IMG/VR virus record: IMGVR_UViG_3300047160_002053
Coordinates: 1-64,000 of that record
Length of the DNA stretch: 64,000 bases
Origin: a virus
Strand: one strand, 5' to 3'
Shown here: one piece after another, positions 9,413-19,700 of the stretch
How the letters are laid out: the number at the start of each line of letters is the position of its first letter
How positions within the stretch are numbered: the stretch's first letter is position 1
The notes under the pieces: model-generated
Databases searched by the model: none
What the model was told of the DNA's origin: nothing
Seen by the model: the letters and a program-made list of their open reading frames with translations, nothing else
Program-made: the position numbers and the translations under genes

Positions 9413-10404
9413 GTAATAATTACTTCGGTGAAGATGAAGAAAGCGAATTTCGCGACATTCCAGACGAGGTAGCCAATCTCGATGAACGTGGTGCCGTACA
9501 AGCTCCTCCAGCACACGTTGCTTCTCAGCGTATCGCCCAGCGCGTGAATCCTCAGCCCTCGCCTATTGAACAAGCAATAACGGAAGACTACGAAGAAGCA
9601 CAGGAAATGATTACGGATGAGGATGAAGATTTTAGCACTGTTTTAAGCGATGCTCGCCTTCGTCTTGAACAGGGTAAACTCTATGAAATGATCATGAACC
9701 ATGACATTTTCAATGGAGTAGAAGCTGATGATCGCGCTATCAAGCACGTTCAGAAACAAATTCGCAATTTTGCCAAAGAGCAGATGGAAATCATGCTTGG
9801 AATGCGTCAGGAAGCCCCTAAAGTCCAGGCAATGTCCATTGAAAATTTCCCATTCAACGATGTTGAGGTTTTGGTTCTCAAGACTATGGCCTCTACCTTC
9901 AGTAAAGGTAAAACCGAGTCTCCGGAAGCTCAAACATTCTCAGGTATCGAACAGCCGCGACGCGCTGCTGGTCTAAATACAATCGGCGCTCCTAAGAAAG
10001 CTGCACCGGCTCCTTTGGCTCCGAAACCGGCAGCTAAGCCTGCTCCTGCTCAGAAACCGCTTGCTCAGAAACCTGCAGCGCCTGTTAAGCGTGACTCGAA
10101 CCGCGAAGCTATCATCAATAGGATTTTAGCCGAGGAAGGAATCACTCGCGAACAATATGAAGCAGTATTTCCGACCGATTATTCCGCATTAAATAAGCCT
10201 TTCGATCAGATGTCAGAAGAAGAAGTTAAGGAGCGCGCTCGTCAAATGCACAAGCGTTCTCCTGGACAAGTGAAAAATAGTCAAGCTATCCCAATGCCTA
10301 CCCAGGATCAGGAAAACATGTTGCACGCACAAAGGGTGCAAGCAGCATCAGCAAACCCACAAATGCAAGGTCTAATGAACCTTCTTTTAACACAGAAAAA
10401 GTAA
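9409..10404 (+). CDS. Hypothetical protein with Pro/Ala/Lys-rich linker
   Basis: 331-aa ORF, ATGA-coupled. Confidence 0.75.
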   Translation: MSNNYFGEDEESEFRDIPDEVANLDERGAVQAPPAHVASQRIAQRVNPQPSPIEQAITEDYEEAQEMITDEDEDFSTVLSDARLRLEQGKLYEMIMNHDIFNGVEADDRAIKHVQKQIRNFAKEQMEIMLGMRQEAPKVQAMSIENFPFNDVEVLVLKTMASTFSKGKTESPEAQTFSGIEQPRRAAGLNTIGAPKKAAPAPLAPKPAAKPAPAQKPLAQKPAAPVKRDSNREAIINRILAEEGITREQYEAVFPTDYSALNKPFDQMSEEEVKERARQMHKRSPGQVKNSQAIPMPTQDQENMLHAQRVQAASANPQMQGLMNLLLTQKK

Positions 10405-10427
10405 GTTAACCATAAGGAGAAAGACAC

Positions 10428-10979
10428 ATGTCTAACCAAGCAGATAAACGTACCGCAGCGCAACGCATTGATGATATGGAGCGTGGCCTTATGGCCCTCT
10501 ATCAGACCGCAGACAACATGGCTCGCGATCTGATGACTATCAAAGAAGCAATCAAATTGCTGGGCAATAAGCTCGATGCAGTTGTGAAGGCTTCCAATCG
10601 CGGTGAACAACTCAACGACGAAGTGATCTCGAAGATCATGGTTGAGAACAACATCGAAGAATTGAAAGAAAAGGTTCAAAACCTTGTCAATCAAGGCATT
10701 CTTCAGGCCGCTGAAGAAGTTAGCGCAAACTCGTTCGTTGTTGGTCGCGAAGTTGACGAAAATGGTCAAGTTCAAAACCCTCGTATGCAGTTCGTGGTTT
10801 CGGCCCTTGCTGAAAATGTGAAAGCGAAGTTCCCTGGCGCGAAAGCTGGCCAAACGCTTGAGCTTGAAGAAGGCAAGTGGAAATTTGAGATTCTGGAAGT
10901 CTACAACCTCGTTGTTCCTTCCGCTCCTCAAGAAGCACAACCTGCACAGGCCGAAGAATCGACCGAAGCAAAGTCCTAA
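10428..10979 (+). CDS. Hypothetical protein
   Basis: AAGGAG RBS; 183 aa. Confidence 0.75.
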   Translation: MSNQADKRTAAQRIDDMERGLMALYQTADNMARDLMTIKEAIKLLGNKLDAVVKASNRGEQLNDEVISKIMVENNIEELKEKVQNLVNQGILQAAEEVSANSFVVGREVDENGQVQNPRMQFVVSALAENVKAKFPGAKAGQTLELEEGKWKFEILEVYNLVVPSAPQEAQPAQAEESTEAKS

Positions 10980-10991
10980 TAGGGGACTAAC

Positions 10992-12665
10992 ATGAGTAAA
11001 TCTAAGAAACTCGCTAAGAAGGCCGAAGATGATTCGGCCCAGAAGAAGCGGGAGATTTTAGAGATTTACACAGGTTTGGTTGAGTCTGGCACTTATTTCC
11101 CAAGCTTGCTTGATTTGAAGCAAGCCGGAATTACCCGCGAGACAATGCGCCATCACTTTGGTAAACTCTCAAGCCTCCGCTCTTTCGCCAAAGAAATGAT
11201 GCCTGACTCTTTTGATGGGTCAGTCAATATCGAAGAATATGTTTCGGATGAATATCTAGCGTATCTTGATAAAGAAATCAGAAAATACAAACGTTTCGTG
11301 ATCACCACGGCTGTCTCTGGCCAAAAGGTCCATGCGCGTTTTATCGAATCTATTCGTAACTACTGTAAAGTCAACAAGGCTAAGCTGTTGATCTTGCCTT
11401 CTCATGACCCTGCCCATAACTTGGACCAGGAAATTGACTGGCACTTCGATCCTACGGTTCTGTCTGATGACTTGATCTTTGAAGAAACTCCGCTTAACTC
11501 GAATTTCTTCATCTCCGGCATTCGTGTCACAGCGAAACAAATCAATCCTATTACGGGCTTGAACGAGATTTCGCAAGTCAAAGGTAGCTTCGTTTCGGCA
11601 TCGCCAAAACAGTTCCTTGAATATGATCCTGTATCGGCTAATAAGCTGCCGCACGCCCGTATGACGACTGGTGCCTGTACGCTCCCGAACTACAAATCCT
11701 CTCGCGGTAATTCTCTGCGCACTAGCTATCTTGCAGAGAATCAGCATACGATTGGCGCTGTTGTAGTCGAGATCGAAGACAAAAATATCTATCATTTTCG
11801 TCAGATTCAATCTGCAGATAACGGTTCGTTCTGTGATCTTGGTAAGGAATACACTCCTACCAAAGTCAAGAAGCTGTCAGGTAAAGATGCTCCGGTACTT
11901 GTGATGGGTGACTATCACGCTGGCGAGCACGATGACTCTGCAGTAGAGGCATGGATTGAAGTCATCAATGAACTAGGAATTCAAGAAGTTGTGTTTCATG
12001 ACATGTTCAATGGAGCTTCCATTAACCATCATGAAGAGCACGATGTTCTGCTTCGCGCAGAGCGTATCCGTAAGGGTCTTGACTCTCTTGAGACTGAACT
12101 CACTCTTACTTCACATGAATTTGACCGAATCCTTGGTCTAAGATCAGTAAAGACTGGCGTTGTTGTGAAATCAAATCACGATGACTTCATTGACCGATGG
12201 GTTCGCCCATATAAGTTTGCTTATGATCCGCGAAATGCCGAATTCGGCACGCTTTTGGCCGCTGAAGTGATCAGGGCGTCTAAGGAAGGAATCCGTCTGG
12301 ACTTCTTCAAGACTGCTCTACATCTAAATGGCGCACCAAAGAACATGGATAAGCTTCGCTGGCTTGGAACTGACGACGATTATACGGTCGGCGACATCCA
12401 TCTAGGAGCACATGGCGACCGCGCAGCAAACGGTTCTCGTGGGTCAATCAAGGGATTGGCAAAATCTTACCCAAAATGCGTTGTTGGCCATTCCCACACA
12501 CCTGGCATCTTCAAAGGTGCATTCCAGGTAGGAACGACCAGTTTACTTCGTTTGGGCTACAACAAGGGTCCTTCTTCATGGGTTCATTGTTCCTGCCTTG
12601 TGTACAGAAATGGACAAAGACAGCTGATCAATTCGATCAATGGAGCGTGGAAACTTAATGGCTAA
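10992..12665 (+). CDS. Calcineurin-like metallophosphoesterase with N-terminal HTH-like region
   Basis: C-terminal GDYH, FHDMFNG, SNHDD, AHGD, GHSH. N-terminal GITRETMRHHFG. Confidence 0.7.
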   Translation: MSKSKKLAKKAEDDSAQKKREILEIYTGLVESGTYFPSLLDLKQAGITRETMRHHFGKLSSLRSFAKEMMPDSFDGSVNIEEYVSDEYLAYLDKEIRKYKRFVITTAVSGQKVHARFIESIRNYCKVNKAKLLILPSHDPAHNLDQEIDWHFDPTVLSDDLIFEETPLNSNFFISGIRVTAKQINPITGLNEISQVKGSFVSASPKQFLEYDPVSANKLPHARMTTGACTLPNYKSSRGNSLRTSYLAENQHTIGAVVVEIEDKNIYHFRQIQSADNGSFCDLGKEYTPTKVKKLSGKDAPVLVMGDYHAGEHDDSAVEAWIEVINELGIQEVVFHDMFNGASINHHEEHDVLLRAERIRKGLDSLETELTLTSHEFDRILGLRSVKTGVVVKSNHDDFIDRWVRPYKFAYDPRNAEFGTLLAAEVIRASKEGIRLDFFKTALHLNGAPKNMDKLRWLGTDDDYTVGDIHLGAHGDRAANGSRGSIKGLAKSYPKCVVGHSHTPGIFKGAFQVGTTSLLRLGYNKGPSSWVHCSCLVYRNGQRQLINSINGAWKLNG

Positions 12666-12668
12666 AAC

Positions 12669-13085
12669 ATGGACCGATTTGTTGACGAACTTAATAAATC
12701 TAGTCAGGCCTTGGTAGAGGCCGAAAATAGACTGTTGTCCATCAGGGCGGCTGTTCACGCGGTCGAAAAAGATTTAGCCATATTGAACTCGGTTGAAGCG
12801 AATTTACTCGAAAACATGCGAGTAATGAAGCGAAGACGAATGATCGTATTGGCTCATGAATTTCGTAAAGCAATGAAGGATCTTGAAACTTGCAGGGCTA
12901 GAATGGCCTTCTTGAGGATTGATCTCGACAATAACTTGCGAATCATGCACAATACAGAAATGGACCGCAACAAGGTGAAGGCAAGATTTGACGCTGCTTA
13001 CGAACGCGTTCATAATCCGCCGAACAACGTGATACCTTTTAGGAAAAAAGTGATACCTTTTAGGAAAAAAGATGGAAAAGAATGA
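12669..13085 (+). CDS. Hypothetical coiled-coil protein
   Basis: 138-aa ORF in operon context. Confidence 0.65.
   Translation: MDRFVDELNKSSQALVEAENRLLSIRAAVHAVEKDLAILNSVEANLLENMRVMKRRRMIVLAHEFRKAMKDLETCRARMAFLRIDLDNNLRIMHNTEMDRNKVKARFDAAYERVHNPPNNVIPFRKKVIPFRKKDGKE
13029..13070 (+). repeat. Perfect 21-bp tandem duplication
   Basis: GTGATACCTTTTAGGAAAAAA twice, encoding VIPFRKK twice. Confidence 0.95.
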
Positions 13086-13290
13086 TTCGCAGAAACGAGT
13101 ATTAGAAGAAGAGGATTATGTACGAGCGCCTAAGTTCGGCAATTCTCTCGCACGCTTCGTTGCACGACACTCTGATGGCGTAGAGAATGCTACTATCGCA
13201 CGTTTACTCATGATCCCCGAAGAGCAAGTGGAGCAGCTTTATCTTGAAGCTGTACAGATGCTCAGAGAGGACATGGTAGATGAAGATTGA
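13072..13290 (+). CDS. Small hypothetical protein, possible HTH (sigma region-4-like)
   Basis: ENATIARLLMIPEEQVEQLYLEAVQMLR resembles a region-4 HTH. Confidence 0.45.
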   Translation: MEKNDSQKRVLEEEDYVRAPKFGNSLARFVARHSDGVENATIARLLMIPEEQVEQLYLEAVQMLREDMVDED

Positions 13291-13840
13291 AGTTTATTCT
13301 GACGGATCAGGTACGAGCGCTTCATTACCGGCTGGCTATGGCTGGGTTATCGTTATTGATGGTAATAAGTATTCCGAAGGCTATGGTCGAATCGACCAAG
13401 GCACTAACAACGATGCCGAGCTTGAGGGTGCCATTCAAGGCCTAGCAAACGTCTTAAAACTTCGCAATGAAAATTCTTTACTGATCGAGGCTCACGAAGT
13501 CACTCTGGTTTCGGACTCTCAGATCGTTCTTGGCTGGACTGACGGGTCTTACCGTTTTAAGCAAGCGGCCAAAATGCACAAATACGAGCAATTGCAATAT
13601 CTTGTGCGAAAGCTCAACGTTAAGACCCGCTGGGTCGAAGGACACACGGGCGACGAGCATAACGAACGTTGCGATAAGCTCGCTCATCTTGGTCGAACTG
13701 GCGAAGAGAAAAAAGCCAAGAAAAGAGCTGTACAAAAAGTTCCAGTTCAGATAGTATATGATTTGATTGCTTTAGTTGATGATAAAGATCTTGCAGCAAC
13801 CATGATGGAAGAATTCAACAAGCGTCTGGAGAATCTATGA
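13280..13840 (+). CDS. rnhA: Ribonuclease HI
   Basis: VYSDGS, TNNDAEL, SDSQ, WVEGHTG, NERCDKLA. Confidence 0.92.
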   Translation: MKIEVYSDGSGTSASLPAGYGWVIVIDGNKYSEGYGRIDQGTNNDAELEGAIQGLANVLKLRNENSLLIEAHEVTLVSDSQIVLGWTDGSYRFKQAAKMHKYEQLQYLVRKLNVKTRWVEGHTGDEHNERCDKLAHLGRTGEEKKAKKRAVQKVPVQIVYDLIALVDDKDLAATMMEEFNKRLENL

Positions 13841-14487
13841 GCCAACTTTTTATGCCTTTCGACTCGGAAACGGGTGGACTGAACGAAAATAAAGCCGACC
13901 TTTTGACTTGGTACGGCGCTATCATGACTGAGGACTATCAGATCCTCGATGAATTGTATCTCAAGCTCAAGCCGGATGATCGCCTTCCTATTGCAGAAGC
14001 TGGTGCTTTGAAAGTCAACGGAATCAATATCCAAGCTCACTTGGCTGATCCTGAAACCGTGACTTATACGGAAGGTAAGGCTCGCCTGGAAGCCATGATT
14101 CGCAAGCACTTGAAACGCAACGGACGCTACTCGAACATCACTCCTATGGGTTATAACTGCCCGTTTGACGTGCGCTGGACCCAGAAGCATCTGTTCCCTC
14201 AAGAAATCTGGGAAAGCCTTCTTCATTACAAAACTCACGACGTTATGGCTGTTGTTGATGCTCTTAAAAAATACGGGATCTTTCCGAAGACTTTAGGCTC
14301 TCTTGGCACCGTCGTTGAATATTTGGCTATTCCTACTCGAAATGCCCACAACGCCAAAGAAGATACTTTGATGACTATTGACGTTGACAAGAAGCTTGGC
14401 GAACTCTTCCGCAAATTCCGCGAAGGCTCTGCGAGCACTGGCGGCGGACCTTCTCAAGATTTGATCTCTTTGCTTGAGGCGGAATAA
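13837..14487 (+). CDS. DEDDh 3'-5' exonuclease (DnaQ-like)
   Basis: FDSETGGL, GYNCPFD, AHNAKED. Confidence 0.85.
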   Translation: MSQLFMPFDSETGGLNENKADLLTWYGAIMTEDYQILDELYLKLKPDDRLPIAEAGALKVNGINIQAHLADPETVTYTEGKARLEAMIRKHLKRNGRYSNITPMGYNCPFDVRWTQKHLFPQEIWESLLHYKTHDVMAVVDALKKYGIFPKTLGSLGTVVEYLAIPTRNAHNAKEDTLMTIDVDKKLGELFRKFREGSASTGGGPSQDLISLLEAE

Positions 14488-15032
14488 TGAAATTGATCAT
14501 CGCGGGAAGCCGAAATATTATTCTGGAACCGTTTCAGGTACAGGAACTTGTATCTAAATTCGGACTATTTCCAGAACAGGTAGTTTCTGGATGCGCTCGC
14601 GGTGTCGATAAATCTGGCGAAAAATACGCAGAAGCGTATGGAATCGCTGTTGCGGAATTTCCTGCTGATTGGAGTCAAGGAAAGGGCGCTGGAATCGTTC
14701 GTAATCGTGAAATGGCTAAGTATGGCGACGCATTATTGTTGATCTGGGACGGCCAGTCGTCAGGCTCAAAGAACATGAAACAACACATGAAGAATTTTGG
14801 AAAGCCTATCTACGAGCACGTAATGGAACCAAATGAGCCGGATTATGTTGGCTACAACAACGTGTTTCAATTTGGAAAATTCAAAGGCCAAAAGATCGAG
14901 GACACCGAGAGCAACTATTTGGTTTGGTGTCTTGGAAATCTAAAATTTCACAATCCCGAATTTAAGAAATGTCTTGAAAAAGAAATTCTAAAAAGAATGG
15001 GATACACAGAGGAAGTTAAAGATGAGACATAG
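14487..15032 (+). CDS. SLOG/YspA-like protein with C-terminal FGKxKG domain
   Basis: IIAGSR, VSGCARGVD, AGIVRNREM, WDGQSSGS. Tail FQFGKFKGQKIEDTESNYLVW. Confidence 0.75.
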   Translation: MKLIIAGSRNIILEPFQVQELVSKFGLFPEQVVSGCARGVDKSGEKYAEAYGIAVAEFPADWSQGKGAGIVRNREMAKYGDALLLIWDGQSSGSKNMKQHMKNFGKPIYEHVMEPNEPDYVGYNNVFQFGKFKGQKIEDTESNYLVWCLGNLKFHNPEFKKCLEKEILKRMGYTEEVKDET

Positions 15033-15390
15033 AATGGTATCCGGCACTGGCCTCGGAAATCCTGAACCCGCAAAACTCATGAATCAAGGCAATCTCAACA
15101 TGCAATTTGCAGATGACGCGCTCGCGACATATTTCAAGAATTCCGGCGCTGATTACCAAGTCGAATCTGACAAGGTAGCCATCGGGATCGAACCGTCGTA
15201 TCAAGGTGATCCGCTTTTGATCATTGAGATCAATCGTGACAAATCGAAGTCTTATATTCAACGCGGCAAGTCTTTTGGTCCCTATGGATCGCAAGTCGTA
15301 CAGAAAACCAGCGTTTATGGCGAATATAAGCGCAAGAGCAAGTTCGTGAAATTCGTGGACAAATGGCATGAAGTCCTCTTTAGTAAATGA
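15022..15390 (+). CDS. Hypothetical protein
   Basis: ORF in operon context. Confidence 0.55.
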   Translation: MRHRMVSGTGLGNPEPAKLMNQGNLNMQFADDALATYFKNSGADYQVESDKVAIGIEPSYQGDPLLIIEINRDKSKSYIQRGKSFGPYGSQVVQKTSVYGEYKRKSKFVKFVDKWHEVLFSK

Positions 15391-15565
15391 TCTAAACGAC
15401 ATTGCGCAAGAAATTAAGCAACGAATTCATGCGTATGCCGACAAGCACGGTATTTCCTTTGAGGAAGCCCAAAAACGTGCTAAGCTCGTTATTGATGGGC
15501 AACCGATAAGGATTGAGGATGGACCTGGAGAAGCTGATCAAAATTCTGAATCTGACGACATCTGA
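15368..15565 (+). CDS. Small hypothetical protein
   Basis: Overlaps both neighbours; plausible composition. Confidence 0.45.
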   Translation: MKSSLVNDLNDIAQEIKQRIHAYADKHGISFEEAQKRAKLVIDGQPIRIEDGPGEADQNSESDDI

Positions 15566-15884
15566 TTCAGATGGCGAAGCTCTTGCTGCGATCCGTACTG
15601 CGAATTCACTCCTGAAAAAATCTGGTAAGACCTGGGAAGACATGTTTAAGGCCGTTCCGAAGCCTGAGAAACCCTACCGATGGAACACCGCACCGATGAA
15701 GTTCAGCCCGAGCTTCTTCACTCAAATCATGGAGTGTAAAGATTTTACTAGCAGTTTGAATCAAGATGCGATAGACTGGCTCAATAAGGTGATCCGGTTC
15801 TACAATAAACACAAGTTTCTGCCGGAAGATGCCTGGATGAACGTGCGAGATTTGTGGCACGTTTTTAGGGAGAAAGACCGATGA
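15519..15884 (+). CDS. Hypothetical protein, DUF2786-like N-terminus
   Basis: LEKLIKILNLTTSDSDGEALAAIRTANSLLKK. Confidence 0.55.
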   Translation: MDLEKLIKILNLTTSDSDGEALAAIRTANSLLKKSGKTWEDMFKAVPKPEKPYRWNTAPMKFSPSFFTQIMECKDFTSSLNQDAIDWLNKVIRFYNKHKFLPEDAWMNVRDLWHVFREKDR

Positions 15885-16369
15885 AAACTACAGATAAAAT
15901 GGTTTTATTTTGGGGCGGAAAATTCTCGCAATGGTATCCCCACAAGATGACTATCGACGGTATCGAATATAATTGCTGTGAGCAATACATGATGGCTCAG
16001 AAAGCCATTCTTTTCCAAGATCAAAAAGCTCTCACGCTTATTATGGCCGCAAAAGATCCTCGCGATCAAAAGCGTTTCGGACGCATGGTTGAAAATTTCA
16101 ACGGCCCTATGTGGGATCGCATCGCTCAAGATGTCGTATACCGAGCCAACCTCGAAAAATTCTCAAACGATGAAGAAATGAAAAAATATATTCTCGCGAC
16201 CGATGATAAAGAAATCGTCGAAGCATCTCCCTATGATAAAATCTGGGGAATCGGTCTCGGTGAAGAAGATCCTCGTGCTCTTGATAAAGCTCAATGGCAA
16301 GGAACTAACTTCCTGGGAGAAGCGCTGATGCGCGTGCGCGAGACTTTGAAAAAAGGCGGTGTTCTGTGA
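15881..16369 (+). CDS. NADAR (YbiA-like) family protein
   Basis: FSQWY, CCEQYMMAQKA, QKRFGR, IVEASPYDKIWGIG, GTNFLGEALMRVR. Confidence 0.92.
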   Translation: MKTTDKMVLFWGGKFSQWYPHKMTIDGIEYNCCEQYMMAQKAILFQDQKALTLIMAAKDPRDQKRFGRMVENFNGPMWDRIAQDVVYRANLEKFSNDEEMKKYILATDDKEIVEASPYDKIWGIGLGEEDPRALDKAQWQGTNFLGEALMRVRETLKKGGVL

Positions 16370-16527
16370 GCGGTGTTTCAATCTATCGCAATACGGTTCG
16401 AGTCCTCGCTACCCTTGGTTTCGGTCTTATCCAGTATGAATTCGTTCCGTTCGGAGCGCTTTCTGGTTTGATCGGTGGACTCATTATCGCCGCTATCTGG
16501 ATTTGCAGAGAACAGGACCCTAAATGA
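16366..16527 (+). CDS. Small membrane protein (53 aa), not in the ORF track
   Basis: GTGA overlap with the NADAR stop. MSGVSIYRNTVRVLATLGFGLIQYEFVPFGALSGLIGGLIIAAIWICREQDPK. Confidence 0.6.
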   Translation: MSGVSIYRNTVRVLATLGFGLIQYEFVPFGALSGLIGGLIIAAIWICREQDPK

Positions 16528-16664
16528 TTGCCTTCAGGCTCCGTTTTTACGGATGTTTGATATGGCTCGTTGATGGCGCTATCCACGGTCAATGGGCATC
16601 GGTCGTAGGTTCCGCTTTGTTCCTGGCGGCTCTACTTTATGAATTCTTTCAAGAGGTAAAATGA
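16524..16664 (+). CDS. Small membrane protein (46 aa), not in the ORF track
   Basis: ATGA overlap. MIAFRLRFYGCLIWLVDGAIHGQWASVVGSALFLAALLYEFFQEVK. Confidence 0.55.
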   Translation: MIAFRLRFYGCLIWLVDGAIHGQWASVVGSALFLAALLYEFFQEVK

Positions 16665-16777
16665 AACATTTCTTTTTACACTTCCCATTTTGTTTGGTAT
16701 CCTGTACCCTAATCCATCTTGTCGATGCGAAATGGCACCTTTTTGAGCATCTCTTTAGGATTTTAGGAATTCTATGA
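16661..16777 (+). CDS. Small hydrophobic protein (38 aa), not in the ORF track
   Basis: GAGG RBS; ATGA overlaps at both ends (its stop overlaps the dnaE start). Confidence 0.5.
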   Translation: MKHFFLHFPFCLVSCTLIHLVDAKWHLFEHLFRILGIL

Positions 16778-19700
16778 AAATTAGCCCTCATACACACGCA
16801 GAAAGCCCGCTTACCGGATCAACCCTAGGCACCTTGGTTAAACAGGCCAAGAAGCTGGGTCGCACGCATTTTGCCTACACTGATCATGGACATCTTTCTT
16901 CTGCGCTCAAAGCCTACAATCAGGCCAAGAAAGAGGGTCTGAAGTTCATTCCTGGTATCGAAATCTATTTCAAGGACACCGCTTGCCCGCATGTCGCCGG
17001 TACTCCTGCCGACCGTTGTAAATATTTTACAACAACGATCTACGCTCAAGATCAACAAGCCTATCAAAAGCTTTGTCAGATGGTCTCGCGCACCGATATG
17101 CCTACTGTTGAGATCTACGAAGAACGTCAACAGCTATGGCGCTGGGAAGATCTGAAAGAGATCGCCAAATTCAACGTACAGGTCGTCTTAGCTGGCGTCC
17201 ATTGCATGGTTGGTAAGGCAATGCTCGCCGGTAAAGCCGATGTTGCCGAGAAAGTTCTGGTTCAACTCAAAGAAATCTTTGGGGATCGTCTGTCGATGGC
17301 TATTTTGGCTGAGCCGTACCTGAAACAGTTCAACCAAGTAATTCAAATTCATTATGCAGATGGAACCAAGGATTCGATCTTGGCTTCGGATACGGTTTCT
17401 ACCGACAAAGCCCGTAACATTCGTGTCTCTGATCTATTGGAAGCTAAACATCACACGATGATTAAATCCAAGAACTCCGGAATGATGCACACCGAAGTCA
17501 ACAAGGAATTCACTAAGGTCACGCTCCACAAAGGTTTCTTGCCTTTGCCTGGCGGCGATGCGACTTTGAAAGTCAATCGTCTTTATTGCGCTCTTGCCGC
17601 TAAACATAGCATTCGACTCCTAGTCACGGATTACGCATATTACGCTCAAAAAGAGGACAAAATCGTTCAAACAATGCGTCTTGAGGGCAATAATAAGCTC
17701 CAACCTAACTTCCACATGAAAAATGAAGAAGAAGTTATGGAGTATTTGACCAAAACATTGGGAAGATTGCCCGAAGTTGCTGCTGGAATCATCAAAAACA
17801 ATGAGACATGGGCAGAAAAGTTCTCAAATTTCAGTCTTTCATACAAATGGCGTCTTGCCGAAGTTGATGGCTCCGCGATCCAAAAAATCATGGCGATTGT
17901 GAAAGAGAACGGACGTATGAAGTGGGACGATCCCAAGTACGTTGCGCGCCTTAAAGAAGAGATCGACGTTATTCATCGCAACGGCGTATATGACCTTGCT
18001 CCGTATTTCCTGCCTATCCGCGATGTTTTGAATTTCTATAAAGAACAAGGACAGTTGACTGGTCCTGGCCGTGGATCTGCCGGTGGATCTTTGCTTTGCT
18101 ATCTAATGGGAATCACTCAGATCGACCCATTCGATTTTGATTTGCCTTTCCAGCGCTTCTTCTCGATGGTTCGTATTAAAGGGAAAAAGCTTCCCGATAT
18201 CGACGTTGACCTGGAAGAGCGTGAACTTTTGGTTGGTGCTGACGGTCACTCGGGCTATTTGTATGGCCGCTGGGGTAACAAAGCTGCTCAGATCTCCACG
18301 CGCACGACTATTCGTCTTAAATCGGCCATCCTGGACACGAATCGTTATTTTAAGGGCAAGGTCGAGGACTCGATTGCGGCCTTCTCCAAGGGCCTTCCTA
18401 CGCCTCCACAGGGTGTTTCTGACCATCAATTCGTGTTTGGGTACGAAGACACCGACGAGAACCATATCGACGGCCTGATCGAAGTCTCAGAGGAGCTTAA
18501 AAAGTATGCCACAGAGCGTCCGGAAGAATGGGAAATCGTCAGCAAAGCTATGGGTCTCACAAGAGCCTATTCAAAGCACGCCTCGGCATTCGTGATTTCG
18601 GATGAACCTATTCAGAATATTATCCCGACAAAAGACGGTAACATCACCCAGTACGAAGCCAAAGAGACGGAAGAAGCTGGACTGATCAAGTACGACTTCC
18701 TCGTTGTTAAGCAGCTAAAAGATATTCGAGTTTGCCTTGATTTGATCAACAAGCGTAACGGCGTGAAGAAGACCGTGGGCTATTTTGATCATGAAGGTCA
18801 AGAGAATTACATTTGGAAACTTCCGCACGCTCCTGAAGCCTATAAAGCTATCTGGGGTGGCGATACTGAGACGATGTTCCAGATCAACACTGCTTCCATG
18901 AAGCCTTACGTGATCGACATGTTGCCTCAAAACATCATGGATTTAGCTACACTGCTTGCCCTGGTTCGTCCTGGTCCATTGGACTTCATTGATCCGACTA
19001 CAGGTCGCAATATGACCGAAGAATACATGCTTCGTCGTAGGGGTGAATCTGAGCCCGATATTAAAGAAATGGCCGATTTATTGCCAGAAACCTATGGAAT
19101 TTTGGCATTCCAAGAGCAACTTGGTAAGATCGCACGCGATTTGGCTGGTTTTCCAGGTGAAGAAGCTGAACTTTTGCGTGAAAACATGGCCAAAAAGAAG
19201 ATGAAAGCCCTCATGGACATGAAGCCAGCCTTCATGGAAGGCGCTCAGAAGCGAGTTTCGCCTGAGATCGCTGAAAGCATTTGGGAACGAATGGTCACAT
19301 TCGGTCGTTACGGTTTCTCGGTTATCCACGCCGTCGAGTACGCGCACATCACTTACGCTTGTATGTTCCTCAAACACTTTTACAAGCTCGAATGGTGGGC
19401 TGCAGTTCTTACGAATGCTGAAGAAAAAGAGATCACGGGTAAGTTCTGGCCTTACGTGAAAGATATGGTTAGTCCTCCTGACATCAATTTGTCTTCGGAC
19501 ACGATGGCGGTTGACTACGCAAATGGACTTATTCGTTCTAAGATGGGCGTTATCCGTGGCATGGGCGAGAAGACTATTCAGCCAATCGTTGACGGTCGTC
19601 CGTACAAAGATGTGCAGGATTTCGTGAATAAAGGCGTTGCCGGTGATTCTTTGGCCCATAAGCTGATTCACGTTGGCGTTCTTGATTCATTGTTCCCGCC

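Noticed and set aside
17320-17550. Intein in DnaE
   Set aside because: The insert lacks an N-terminal Cys/Ser block and a C-terminal His-Asn, and is too short.
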